A DNA stretch of 40,000 bases from Acinetobacter tianfuensis (lineage in GTDB: Bacteria; Pseudomonadota; Gammaproteobacteria; Pseudomonadales; Moraxellaceae): the NCBI RefSeq assembly GCF_003611465.1, contig NZ_RAXV01000034.1, forward strand, positions 1-40,000, read 5' to 3'. This document shows positions 20,182 to 29,554 of the stretch, one piece after another (position 1 is the first letter of the stretch; each line of letters opens with the position of its first letter). Under the pieces are notes generated by a model, which saw only the letters and a program-made list of their open reading frames with translations, searched no databases and was not told the DNA's origin. The position numbers were made by a program, and so were the translations under genes.

Positions 20182-21201
20182 TTAAGCTTGCAATTCACGC
20201 GCTTTAGACATGGTTAACGCTAAATCTTCAATCATGTCTTCCTGACCGCCAACAGTACCGCGGCGGCCAAGTTCTAATAAGATTTCACGAGCTGATACAC
20301 CATATTTCGCTTCAGCACGTTTTGCGAACAATAGGAATGATGAGTAAACACCTGCATAGCCTAAAGTTGCTGCATCACGGTCAGCACGAATTGGGTTGTG
20401 CATCATTGGAATAACCAAATCTTCAGCAATATCTTGTACTTTGAACAAGTCTACGCCAGTTTCCATTTGCATACGGTTTGCAACAGCTACAAATAGCTCA
20501 AGCGGCGTATTGCCTGCGCCTGCACCCAAACCTGCAGATGCTAAGTCGACACGAATTGCGCCAGCTTCCACAGCTGCAACAGTATTTGCTACACCCATAC
20601 CTAAGTTATGGTGGCCGTGGAAACCAATTTCGATATTTGAATCTAGATTTTGACGTAAAGCGCCAACGCGGTCTTTCACATCTTGCGGAAGCATATAACC
20701 TGCAGAGTCAGTCACATAGATACAGTTTGCACCGTAAGAGACCATCTTTTTCGCTTCTTCTAAAAGACGCTCAGGAGAAGCCATGTGCGCCATCATTAAG
20801 AAGCCCACAGTGTCCATACCCAACTTGCGCGCAGCTGTAATGTGCTGTTCAGAACAGTCCGCTTCCGTTGAATGCGTTGCTACACGAATGGTTGATACAC
20901 CAATTTCATGCGCCATTTTTAAATGGTCAACCGTACCGATACCCGGTAACAGCAGTGCAGTTACTTTGGCATTTTTCATACGCGGCACAACTGCAGACAA
21001 ATACTCTTCATCTGTTGCCGCTGCAAAACCGTAGTTGACTGAGTTGCCGCCAAGGCCATCACCATGTGTCACCTCAATTAAAGGCACACCTGCTTCATCC
21101 AAAGCAGTTGAAATGGCAATCATTTGCTCAACAGTGGTTTGATGGCGCTGCGGGTGCATGCCATCACGCAGTGTCATATCATTAATAATCACTTTAGACA
21201 T
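20182..21201 (-). CDS. mhpE: 4-hydroxy-2-oxovalerate aldolase
   Basis: Start [16 protein letters not shown] with GGAG upstream; 12 codons trimmed from the track ORF. DmpG/MhpE family. Confidence 0.9.
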   Translation of the reverse strand: MSKVIINDMTLRDGMHPQRHQTTVEQMIAISTALDEAGVPLIEVTHGDGLGGNSVNYGFAAATDEEYLSAVVPRMKNAKVTALLLPGIGTVDHLKMAHEIGVSTIRVATHSTEADCSEQHITAARKLGMDTVGFLMMAHMASPERLLEEAKKMVSYGANCIYVTDSAGYMLPQDVKDRVGALRQNLDSNIEIGFHGHHNLGMGVANTVAAVEAGAIRVDLASAGLGAGAGNTPLELFVAVANRMQMETGVDLFKVQDIAEDLVIPMMHNPIRADRDAATLGYAGVYSSFLLFAKRAEAKYGVSAREILLELGRRGTVGGQEDMIEDLALTMSKARELQA

Positions 21202-21211
21202 GGTGTGCTCC

Positions 21212-22114
21212 TTAAGCTTCAGCAACTTGTGATGCAATTAAACGCTCTGCAAACATTTCTGCAGTACGCGCCGCAGCAGCCGTCATAATATCGAGGTTAC
21301 CCGCATATTTAGGCAGGAAGTCACCCAAACCTTCTACTTCTAAGAAGATTGATACACGGTTGCCGTCAAAAATAGGACCATTGACAAGCTTGTAGCCTGG
21401 TACATATTTTTGAACTTGCGCAAGCATTGCATGAACTGCCTCAATAATCGCTGCTTGATCAGGCTCACCTTCAACCAAGCAATGCACTGTGTCACGCATG
21501 TATACTGGCGGCTCAGCAGGGTTAATAATGATGATGGCTTTACCTTGTTTTGCACCGCCCACTTTTTCAATGGCGCTTGCTGTTGTACGGGTAAATTCAT
21601 CAATATTTTTACGTGTACCTGGACCAATAGATTTTGTTGATGCTGTCGCGATGATTTCGCCATAGTTCACTGGCTGAACACTAGCAATAGCAGCAATCAT
21701 TGGAATCGTTGCCTGACCGCCGCATGTCACCATATTTACGTTTGGCACTTCACCTTGTGCAAGCAATGCTTCAAGGTTTACAGGCGGTACGCAGAATGGA
21801 CCAATTGCAGCAGGCGTTAAGTCAATCATGAGCACGCCAAGTTCGTTTAACTTGCGGCTGTTTTCAGCATGTACATAAGCTGAAGTTGCATCAAATGCAA
21901 TTTTGATATCATCTGCAATCACGTGCGGAAGCAAACCGTCTACGCCTTCAGCCGTGGTTTTCAAACCCATTTTTGCAGCACGGGCAAGACCTTCAGAAGT
22001 CGGGTCAATACCAACCATCCAAACTGGCTCTAACCATTCGCTGCGCTGAAGTTTGTAAAGCAAATCAGTACCGATGTTACCTGGACCGATCATTGCACAT
22101 TTAATCTTTTTCAT
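21212..22114 (-). CDS. mhpF: Acetaldehyde dehydrogenase (acetylating)
   Basis: 300 aa with [18 protein letters not shown] and [11 protein letters not shown]. DmpF/MhpF family. Confidence 0.9.
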   Translation of the reverse strand: MKKIKCAMIGPGNIGTDLLYKLQRSEWLEPVWMVGIDPTSEGLARAAKMGLKTTAEGVDGLLPHVIADDIKIAFDATSAYVHAENSRKLNELGVLMIDLTPAAIGPFCVPPVNLEALLAQGEVPNVNMVTCGGQATIPMIAAIASVQPVNYGEIIATASTKSIGPGTRKNIDEFTRTTASAIEKVGGAKQGKAIIIINPAEPPVYMRDTVHCLVEGEPDQAAIIEAVHAMLAQVQKYVPGYKLVNGPIFDGNRVSIFLEVEGLGDFLPKYAGNLDIMTAAAARTAEMFAERLIASQVAEA

Positions 22115-22150
22115 TAACGTACTCTCTAAAAATTTTGCTCAGGCAGGATC

Positions 22151-22948
22151 TTATGCAGCAGCAAATGCAGCTGTTACTGAACCAAAGCCTTCAATTTCAA
22201 CCACGAATTCATCACCGGCATTTGCCACAACCATTGGACCTAAAGCACCAGTCAAAATGATGTCGCCTTTGAGCAATGGACGGCCGCGGCGCACCATTTC
22301 GTCAGCCAGCCAAATTGCAGCATTCAGCGGGTTAGCCAAACATGCTTTGCCTACCCCTTGAGATACAACTTCGCCTGCGCGGGTCATGGTCATTTTGCAA
22401 TTTACAAGATCAAGGTTTTCAAGTTTTACAGGACGTGAACCCAAAACAAATGCAGCGCTTGATGCGTTATCAGCAACGGTATCAATCAAAGAGATTTTCC
22501 AGTTTTCGATACGGCTATCTACGACTTCTACAGCAGGAAGCGCATAATCCGCCGCGCTGATAATGTCTGCATAAGTGTGTTTTTCTTTGGTTAAATCTTC
22601 TTTGATCACCAAAGCGATTTCTGCTTCAACTTTAGGCTGAATCAAAAGGCCTGCTGGAATCGCTTCGCCATCGCCATAAGACATGTCGGCAAACAGCATG
22701 CCGAAATCAGGCTGATCGACACCCAGCTGCGCTTGAACAACTTTAGACGTTAAGCCAATTTTACGGCCTACAAGACGGCGGCCTTCTTTTAATGCGCGCT
22801 CAGTATTTACTTCTTGAACAGCATAAGCGATATCTACGTCAGCAGCTTCACCGCCAAGCTCTGGGCGGATTGGCGCAATCGCAGCTTGATTTACTTCAGC
22901 ATCGCGAAGCGCTTGTGCAACGGATTCAACAACAGCAGAATTCGACAT
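22151..22948 (-). CDS. mhpD: 2-keto-4-pentenoate hydratase
   Basis: Start MSNSAVV with AAGGAA 6 nt upstream. MhpD/XylJ-type hydratase (GRKIGLTS, EAEIA). Confidence 0.85.
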   Translation of the reverse strand: MSNSAVVESVAQALRDAEVNQAAIAPIRPELGGEAADVDIAYAVQEVNTERALKEGRRLVGRKIGLTSKVVQAQLGVDQPDFGMLFADMSYGDGEAIPAGLLIQPKVEAEIALVIKEDLTKEKHTYADIISAADYALPAVEVVDSRIENWKISLIDTVADNASSAAFVLGSRPVKLENLDLVNCKMTMTRAGEVVSQGVGKACLANPLNAAIWLADEMVRRGRPLLKGDIILTGALGPMVVANAGDEFVVEIEGFGSVTAAFAAA

Positions 22949-23363
22949 CAATGTTTCCTTGAACTGCAAAATTTGGACTTACAGCGCTATCTGTGAAAAT
23001 GTAAAAGAACATTTATTTGAACGAAAAGATCAGCTCAATTTACGCAGCGCCTCCCAATACGAAGGCATTTCAACAGAAAACGCGAATATGAATACACTGA
23101 TTTAGAATCGAGATTTTGAGGTTTAAACGCCAATACTTATTTTATTTATAACAATAGCTAATTCCTATAAATTAACTCGGATTTATTATTTAAAAACAAA
23201 ACCTTAAACTTAAACAATGTACTGCATTCAAAATCAGGGTTTGTATGCCAATTCTGCAAGATAAGAAAAAAACACCGCATATACGACTAAAAGACTAGAT
23301 CGTTTGCTGTTTTTTTAAGACGGCAATTCAGCTTACAGGCTTTAAAACAAGCATGATTGGATA

Positions 23364-23404
23364 CAAAAAAAGGCGGGATAAAACCGCTCTTGCAGCCACC
23401 CGCC
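23364..23404 (-). terminator. Probable terminator after the HAD hydrolase gene
   Basis: Minus strand: GGCGGG...CCCGCC (long loop) followed by an 8-T run. Confidence 0.45.
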
Positions 23405-23432
23405 TCTAACAGCACTCTAAAGTGATTTAATG

Positions 23433-24101
23433 CTAAATCAGCTCAAAATCCTGTACTTTCGCCAGAAGAAAATCATGCAGCTTACGCACATCTGACACCA
23501 TTGCCAGCGGTTCAAATTGCGACAGCACCTGCTGATCATGCACACCATACAGCACCCCCACCCGAGGCATTTCAATATTCTGCGCCATTTGCAAATCATA
23601 TGAGGTGTCACCCACCATAATAGCGCGTTCCGCTGCAATACCTGTTTGCGTCAAAATTTCCGACAGCATTAAAGGGTCAGGCTTCGATTTGGTTTCACTG
23701 GCAGCACGTGTCGCCGCAAATAAGTCTGCACTTTGCGTCTGCTGCAGCACACGGTCTAAACCTTTACGGCTCTTGCCTGTTGCCACGGCCAGCTGTACAC
23801 CTTGCATTTTCAAGTCTGTCAGCATCTCAGACACACCGGAAAACCAAGCATCGCCTTTCGAATTCGCCACATAGTGCGCTGAATAGCACTGCAAAATATC
23901 AGCATGCAGCTCTGGCACATTTGGAAATAAACGCTGCGCCACTTCAGGCAATCCTAAACCAATAATGCTTTTAGCATCATCGTCCGTCAGCGGCTGCTGA
24001 TAGGTCTGCGCTGCAAACTGCAGGCTCGCGACAATCTGCCCCACTGAATCAAATAAAGTGCCATCCCAATCAAAAATGATCAGTTCAACTGGTTTTTTCA
24101 T
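23433..24101 (-). CDS. HAD-family hydrolase (phosphoglycolate phosphatase-like)
   Basis: 222 aa with FDWDGTLFDS (DxDxT motif I) and GDTSYD (motif IV). It lies downstream of rluC, as in other gammaproteobacteria. Confidence 0.8.
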   Translation of the reverse strand: MKKPVELIIFDWDGTLFDSVGQIVASLQFAAQTYQQPLTDDDAKSIIGLGLPEVAQRLFPNVPELHADILQCYSAHYVANSKGDAWFSGVSEMLTDLKMQGVQLAVATGKSRKGLDRVLQQTQSADLFAATRAASETKSKPDPLMLSEILTQTGIAAERAIMVGDTSYDLQMAQNIEMPRVGVLYGVHDQQVLSQFEPLAMVSDVRKLHDFLLAKVQDFELI

Positions 24102-24249
24102 ATGTGATTTTCCAATGTTTGATACAACTGCGAAGCCCTCTCCTGAACGAGTTTAAAGCGCTGCTTTAAACGATGTGCAAGAAAGGAGACTTTCGCAGCA
24201 ATGCTTTTAAATTGAAGCGCAAGTGAGGGTTTGGGAGAGGCCTAATGAA

Positions 24250-25212
24250 TTAATCGTCAGACGGTACAGCTGGCTTATCCGCCTTTTGCGCACGCAGCTG
24301 CGCCACTAAGCTTTGCATATCTTCAGGTAAAGGCGCTTCAATGACAGCATAGCCAGGAATTTCAAGGCGCATTGCATGCAGGCATAAACGGCGCGGTTTT
24401 GGACCTTTATAATCCGTTTCATGGCCATATTTATCATCGCCAATTAGAGGATGGCCAATACTTAAACCATGCACACGGATCTGATGGGTACGGCCAGACA
24501 GCGGCGATGCATACACTAAAGTGCCATGCATAAAACGCTCTTGCACATTCCACTGTGTTTTCGACTCTTTACCGTCTTTAGACACCCGTACGCGGCGCTC
24601 ACCATTGGACAGCTCATAACGCAGCAAAGGCAGATCAATCAGCTGTTTATCTAAACTGACAACGCCCTTCACGACTGCCGCATAGGTTTTTTGTATTTTG
24701 TGTTCACGCAGCATGTCCTGTAACGTTTTCAGCACACTGCGCTTTTTAGAAATCATCACCAAACCAGATGTATCACGGTCAATACGGTGAATCAGTTCAA
24801 GATATTTTTTACCTGTCGCTGCGCGCAAGCTCTCAATTAAGCCATATGCCACACCGCTGCCGCCATGCACAGCTATGCCAGATGGCTTATTGACTACCAT
24901 GAGGCCTTCATCTTCATACACCACACGTGACAAAAGGCTTTGCGCAACTTTGTCAGATACAGGCGCAGCCGTTTCATCTTTTTGTTCATAACGGATTGGC
25001 GCCACGCGGATTTGGTCGCCAATATTCAATTTCGTTTCCGCTTTGACACGCTTTTTATTGACACGGACTTGGCTTTCTCGGATCAAGCGGTAAATACGGC
25101 TTTTAGGCACGCCTTTTAAACGGCTAAACAGAAAGTTATCAATGCGCTGTCCCGCTTGATGCTCATCCACTTCAAACCAAGTGACGCTTTGCCATTGCTG
25201 TGTAGAATTCAT
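24250..25212 (-). CDS. rluC: 23S rRNA pseudouridine synthase, RluC-type
   Basis: S4 domain plus the RluA-family catalytic motif HRIDRDTSG. Start taken at MNSTQQW (21 codons trimmed). Divergent from rne. Confidence 0.85.
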   Translation of the reverse strand: MNSTQQWQSVTWFEVDEHQAGQRIDNFLFSRLKGVPKSRIYRLIRESQVRVNKKRVKAETKLNIGDQIRVAPIRYEQKDETAAPVSDKVAQSLLSRVVYEDEGLMVVNKPSGIAVHGGSGVAYGLIESLRAATGKKYLELIHRIDRDTSGLVMISKKRSVLKTLQDMLREHKIQKTYAAVVKGVVSLDKQLIDLPLLRYELSNGERRVRVSKDGKESKTQWNVQERFMHGTLVYASPLSGRTHQIRVHGLSIGHPLIGDDKYGHETDYKGPKPRRLCLHAMRLEIPGYAVIEAPLPEDMQSLVAQLRAQKADKPAVPSDD

Positions 25213-25973
25213 ACAGTTACTGTGACCTAAAAAAATACTAAAATTGATTAAAAATTGATCATTTGGGCTATACATTACACAAGAAACATAAGCTTAGCCC
25301 ATAGGCAGATGATGCAAGGTTTGATATAGTCAGCGCACGGAAACCATCGTTGATGAACAAAAGTTGAATCGTTTCAGTTTTCTGAACACGTTCATTCAAT
25401 GCACTGAACATCAAAACACGCATAGGTCCCAAAAGAATTATGCCGACGCCGAAGGCTTATTATATCGGCAAAACTGTAAGCTGTTGCGTTTAATTGCATC
25501 TTAAAAATGCATAAAGCAGCTTGCCCAAAAAAATATGTCGCCAACGATTCGTTGGTTTTTAAACGTAAACTGATACACATCAGACTAGTCGCTCCCTGAT
25601 GCTGCATTCAGGCTACTGCGTTTGATGCATTGGATCTGCACAATTTGTAAAGATACGACGATAATTCCGTATCAAGACGCTCTATCTATTAAAGAAGGGA
25701 TGATCTTCGAGCAATGTGACAGTGAAAGTTACTCACATCCAATGCACCGCATGTCCGCCAGTGAATCAGTCAGGTGACTTTAATCGTTTAAAGATTGAAG
25801 CCGTATTGCCTTCATCAATACGTAAATCAAAAACCGAAGCCCACTATAAAGAAGGCCGGTAAAAAGTTCAGACCGCAATCGTTATATTTGAGTTCTGAAC
25901 GTTGATCCGTTTTTTGATGTTCGCTGCGTAAATAGCGATATTTTGCTGTGTATCACAAATAGGTGTTACACCC
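25213..25973. promoter_or_regulatory. rluC/rne divergent promoter region and long rne 5' leader
   Basis: 761 bp with no credible ORF. It contains local hairpins, e.g. CGTATTG-ccttcat-CAATACG at 25802-25822. In E. coli the long rne leader mediates autoregulation. Confidence 0.4.
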
Positions 25974-28900
25974 ATGAAACGTATGTTGATTAATGCAACA
26001 CATGCTGAAGAGATTCGCGTTGCACTTGTCACTGGACAGCGTCTTTACGATTTCGACTTAGAAAATCGTACCCGTGAACAAAAAAAATCGAATATCTATA
26101 AAGGTCACGTGACTCGCGTTGAACCTTCTTTAGAAGCTGTATTCGTTGAATATGGCGCAGGCCGCCAAGGCTTCCTGTCTATGCGGGAAATTGCCAATTC
26201 ATATTACAAAGCTGACCCTCGCCAAACTTCAAATATCCGTGAATTGATCACTGAAGGCACAGAGCTTTTAGTTCAAGTGGAAAAAGAAGAACGCGGCAAC
26301 AAAGGCGCTGCCCTTTCTACATTTATTTCACTTGCTGGCCGCTATTTGGTACTGATGCCAAACAACCCGAAAGGCGGCGGCATCAGCCGTCAAATTTCTG
26401 GTTCAGTTCGTGAAGAGTTGAAAGAAATGCTGGCTTCGTTAAATGTACCGCGCGGCATGAGCGTGATTGTACGTACTGCCGGTATTGGCCGTTCGCAAGA
26501 AGAGCTGCAGCTGGATCTTCAGCACTTGCTGGATCTTTGGGCGCAAATCCAAAGCACATCAAGCTCTGGCCCTTCACCAATGCTTGTACATCAAGAAGCG
26601 GGCGTGGTCACACGTGCGATTCGTGACTACCTGCGTGATGACGTTGCAGAAATCCTAATTGACTCAGAGCAAGCGTATAACGAAGCCTACAACTTTGTGA
26701 AAGCGGTGATGCCGCGTCAATTAGACAAACTGAAAACTTATACTTTAAATGAGCCTTTATTTGCTCACTTTGGTATTGAAAGCCAAATTCAAACGGCATA
26801 TGAACGTGAAGTAAAACTTCCTTCAGGCGGTTCAATCGTCATTGACCAAACTGAAGCTTTGGTTTCTATCGATATCAACTCTGCAAAATCGACCCGCGGT
26901 CATGACGTTGAAGAAACAGCGCTCAACACCAACTTAGAAGCAGCTGAAGAAATTGCCCGTCAATTGCGTTTACGCGACATCGGCGGTTTAGTTGTGATCG
27001 ACTTCATCGACATGACCAAAGACCGCAACCAGCGTATGGTTGAAGCAAAACTTCGTGAAGCAACTCAAAGCGACCGCGCACGCATTCAATTCGGTCAATT
27101 GTCCCGCTTCGGCTTGATGGAAATGAGCCGCCAGCGCTTACGCCCATCGCTAGAAGAAGCAACAGGTTATGTATGCCCGCGCTGTCATGGCACAGGCATG
27201 GTACGTGACTTGCGCTCACTTTCTCTTTCAATCATGCGTAAGGTTGAAGAAATTGCGCTTCGTGAACGTCACGGTGAAGTTCAGGTTCAAGTTCCTGTCG
27301 AAATCGCTGCCTTCCTATTGAATGAAAAGCGCCACAGCCTTGTCTACCTAGAGCAAACATCGAATGTGCGTGTGACAGTTCTGCCGCACCCGCATTTAGA
27401 AACGCCGCACTACGAAATTTCTTATAACCCTGAAGGCTTTGCGCCAACAAGTTACGAGCGTACAGAAGCAACGCGTAACAGTGAAAAAGAATTGGGCTAT
27501 GAGTCTTCTGAATGGCATTTGGAAGATGAGCATCAGGCCGCTCAATCACCTGCAGCTCAATCGCATGAAAAGAGCCAGAAGAAATACAGTAAACACCAGC
27601 AGCACGCTCATGCTGCACAGCAAGCGCCAGCTCAAGCTGCAGTACCTGCTGCGCCAGCAACAAGCCCATGCGCTTGGTTAGAAAACCTGTTTGTACAAAA
27701 GCAAGCTGCAACCATTGATCAATCACGCACTGCAAATAACGCCGCTGCGTCTATTGAACAAATGGTGAATGGCGGTGCTGTCAGCCGCGGCCAATTCGGT
27801 CAAGTTGCTGTCCCTGCTCCAGCTGCCGCTGCTGCAAGCAATGTGTACTTAGCGCCGTCAACTTCTGTAACGCATAAGCCTGAAGTTCGTGAAAACGACA
27901 AACTTGCAGACAAAGAAGAAAAAGCGCACCGCAGCAATAACAATAAAAAACCGCGCAATAAGCACAAAGAACAGCGTGAACATGCGCCTCAAGAGCAAAC
28001 GTCACAGCAAAACCAAGTGCATGAAGAAGTGCTGCAGCCAACGCGCCAAGAACAGCGTCAAGAATCACGTGAAAACAAACGCAATTCACGCCGCCAGCAC
28101 AACAGCGATCAGCAGCAAGATGTTCAAAACAATCATGAACAGCAGCATGCGGTACCTCGCCGTGACCGTAACAGCAGCCAGCGCCCGAACCGCCCAAACC
28201 GCCACCGCGATCCAAGCGTTTTAAACGAGCCAGCTGCAGCGCCTCAGCAACAGCAGCCAGCTGCTGAAACTCATGCGCCGCGCGCTCCTAAAGTTGAAAC
28301 TGTAGATGTGCCTCAGCAAGAGATCATGCCGACAGCGATGCTGGTGAACATTGATCAAGCGCAAAGCGAAATCGTTGCTTTAACGCCTGAAGCTGCAGCG
28401 CCTGCTAAAGCGAAAAGACAGCACCATGCAGCGCCTGCCGAAACAGCAGCGCCTGTTGCTGAAACTGCGGCGCCTGCTGAAGAAACTCCTAAAGCAGAGA
28501 AAACGCCTGCAGAGCAGCCAGCCAAAGCGCAGCAAGCTCAGGTTAAACGCGCAAGCAATGACCCGCGCCAGCGCCGCCGCCAACAGCGTGAAGCGCAAGC
28601 CCGTCAAGCTCAAGCGCCTAAACTTGCACCTTCGCAAGTGCCTACACTTGGTCAATATACAGTCGGCAGCTTAATCCGCCATGTATATGGTGAAGACTGT
28701 TCAGTACTGATTGAACAATTTGGCTTAATCCCGACATTCAACCGTGCATTGCAAAAATTCACGGAAGAATTCGCTGCGACGATGACTGTACAAACTGAAG
28801 CGCCTGCAGAGAAAAAACCGGTCACACGTGATGCGGTGATTACCAAAGCTGCGCCTGAAGCAGAGCCTGCTCCAGTGCTTGACTTAACGCCGCCAAAAGC

Positions 28901-29366
28901 AGAAACGCAAAACCGCGTTGCTAACGATCCGCGTGAACGCCGCCGTTTAGCGAAGCAAGCGCTTGAACAAGCAAAGCTCAGTCAGACTGAGAGTGCTGAA
29001 ACCGCTCCTGCTGACGCGCCTGCAGCTGAAACAGTGCAAGAAACTGCTCCCGTCGACGCCCCTGCAGCAGAAATCGTGCAAGAAGCTGCTCCTGTTGCTT
29101 CTGCACCAGCAGAAACAGCACAAGAATCAGCTGCTGAAGCTGTTATCGACGCTCCAGCCGAAGAAACTGGATCTTCTGTAGCGCCTGCTGAGCCTGAACC
29201 AGTACAAGCTGAGCTTGAAGTCGAGGCTGAACAGGCTAAGCTGCCTGAGCAAGCTGAAACAGCGGAAGCTGATGATGATCAAGCCAAAGCAGACAAAGAA
29301 AAACCAGCGCGTCCGCGCCGTCCGCGCGGCCGTCCGCCAAAGAAAGCCAACACCGCAGCGGAGTAA
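25974..29366 (+). CDS. rne: Ribonuclease E
   Basis: 1130 aa. [20 protein letters not shown]1 domain, DNase I-like domain, and Zn-link CPRCHGTG. The C-terminal half is long, low-complexity, and Arg-, Pro-, Ala- and Gln-rich. Confidence 0.95.
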   Translation: MKRMLINATHAEEIRVALVTGQRLYDFDLENRTREQKKSNIYKGHVTRVEPSLEAVFVEYGAGRQGFLSMREIANSYYKADPRQTSNIRELITEGTELLVQVEKEERGNKGAALSTFISLAGRYLVLMPNNPKGGGISRQISGSVREELKEMLASLNVPRGMSVIVRTAGIGRSQEELQLDLQHLLDLWAQIQSTSSSGPSPMLVHQEAGVVTRAIRDYLRDDVAEILIDSEQAYNEAYNFVKAVMPRQLDKLKTYTLNEPLFAHFGIESQIQTAYEREVKLPSGGSIVIDQTEALVSIDINSAKSTRGHDVEETALNTNLEAAEEIARQLRLRDIGGLVVIDFIDMTKDRNQRMVEAKLREATQSDRARIQFGQLSRFGLMEMSRQRLRPSLEEATGYVCPRCHGTGMVRDLRSLSLSIMRKVEEIALRERHGEVQVQVPVEIAAFLLNEKRHSLVYLEQTSNVRVTVLPHPHLETPHYEISYNPEGFAPTSYERTEATRNSEKELGYESSEWHLEDEHQAAQSPAAQSHEKSQKKYSKHQQHAHAAQQAPAQAAVPAAPATSPCAWLENLFVQKQAATIDQSRTANNAAASIEQMVNGGAVSRGQFGQVAVPAPAAAAASNVYLAPSTSVTHKPEVRENDKLADKEEKAHRSNNNKKPRNKHKEQREHAPQEQTSQQNQVHEEVLQPTRQEQRQESRENKRNSRRQHNSDQQQDVQNNHEQQHAVPRRDRNSSQRPNRPNRHRDPSVLNEPAAAPQQQQPAAETHAPRAPKVETVDVPQQEIMPTAMLVNIDQAQSEIVALTPEAAAPAKAKRQHHAAPAETAAPVAETAAPAEETPKAEKTPAEQPAKAQQAQVKRASNDPRQRRRQQREAQARQAQAPKLAPSQVPTLGQYTVGSLIRHVYGEDCSVLIEQFGLIPTFNRALQKFTEEFAATMTVQTEAPAEKKPVTRDAVITKAAPEAEPAPVLDLTPPKAETQNRVANDPRERRRLAKQALEQAKLSQTESAETAPADAPAAETVQETAPVDAPAAEIVQEAAPVASAPAETAQESAAEAVIDAPAEETGSSVAPAEPEPVQAELEVEAEQAKLPEQAETAEADDDQAKADKEKPARPRRPRGRPPKKANTAAE
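28998..29123 (+). repeat. Three in-frame 42-nt tandem repeats inside the rne C-terminal region
   Basis: The units encode [14 protein letters not shown] / [14 protein letters not shown] / [14 protein letters not shown], followed by a partial fourth unit. Confidence 0.8.
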
Positions 29367-29390
29367 GTATTTGCTCAATTGCAGGTAATT

Positions 29391-29428
29391 AAAAAAATCC
29401 AGTCATTTCGGTGACTGGATTTTTTTTG
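29391..29428 (+). terminator. rne terminator
   Basis: ATCCAGTCA-tttcgg-TGACTGGAT followed by TTTTTTTT. Confidence 0.9.
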
Positions 29429-29554
29429 CTATTTTTGTCAAATTAGGTTGATTGCACTAGACCTAAACGATTAAAAGACAATTGTAGAATTTGCCGCAAA
29501 ATTAATTGCAAAGAAATAAACCCTAACGGGTTACAAAAAATAAATAGGATTCAC

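Noticed and set aside
10345-25275. N-terminal extensions in track ORFs (hcaD 11625, mhpB 12557, hcaE 15667, mhpE 21237, mhpD 22969, rluC 25275)
   Set aside because: Internal ATGs preceded by clear SD sequences give N-termini that match family consensus (e.g. the GxGxxG of Hca[15 protein letters not shown] of MhpE). The upstream codons overlap neighbouring genes or encode implausible peptides.
27232-28655. Long antisense or alternative-frame ORFs inside rne (e.g. 27232..27735 minus 167 aa, 27781..28215 minus 144 aa, 27889..28224 plus, 28380..28655 minus)
   Set aside because: They lie entirely within the compositionally biased, repeat-rich C-terminal coding region of RNase E. Their translations are low-complexity (Cys-, Arg- and Leu-rich), and they have no SD or family resemblance. 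They are artefacts of codon bias.
28998-29144. Regularly spaced 42-nt repeats as a CRISPR-like array
   Set aside because: The repeats are contiguous with no spacers, in frame, and part of the RNase E coding sequence.
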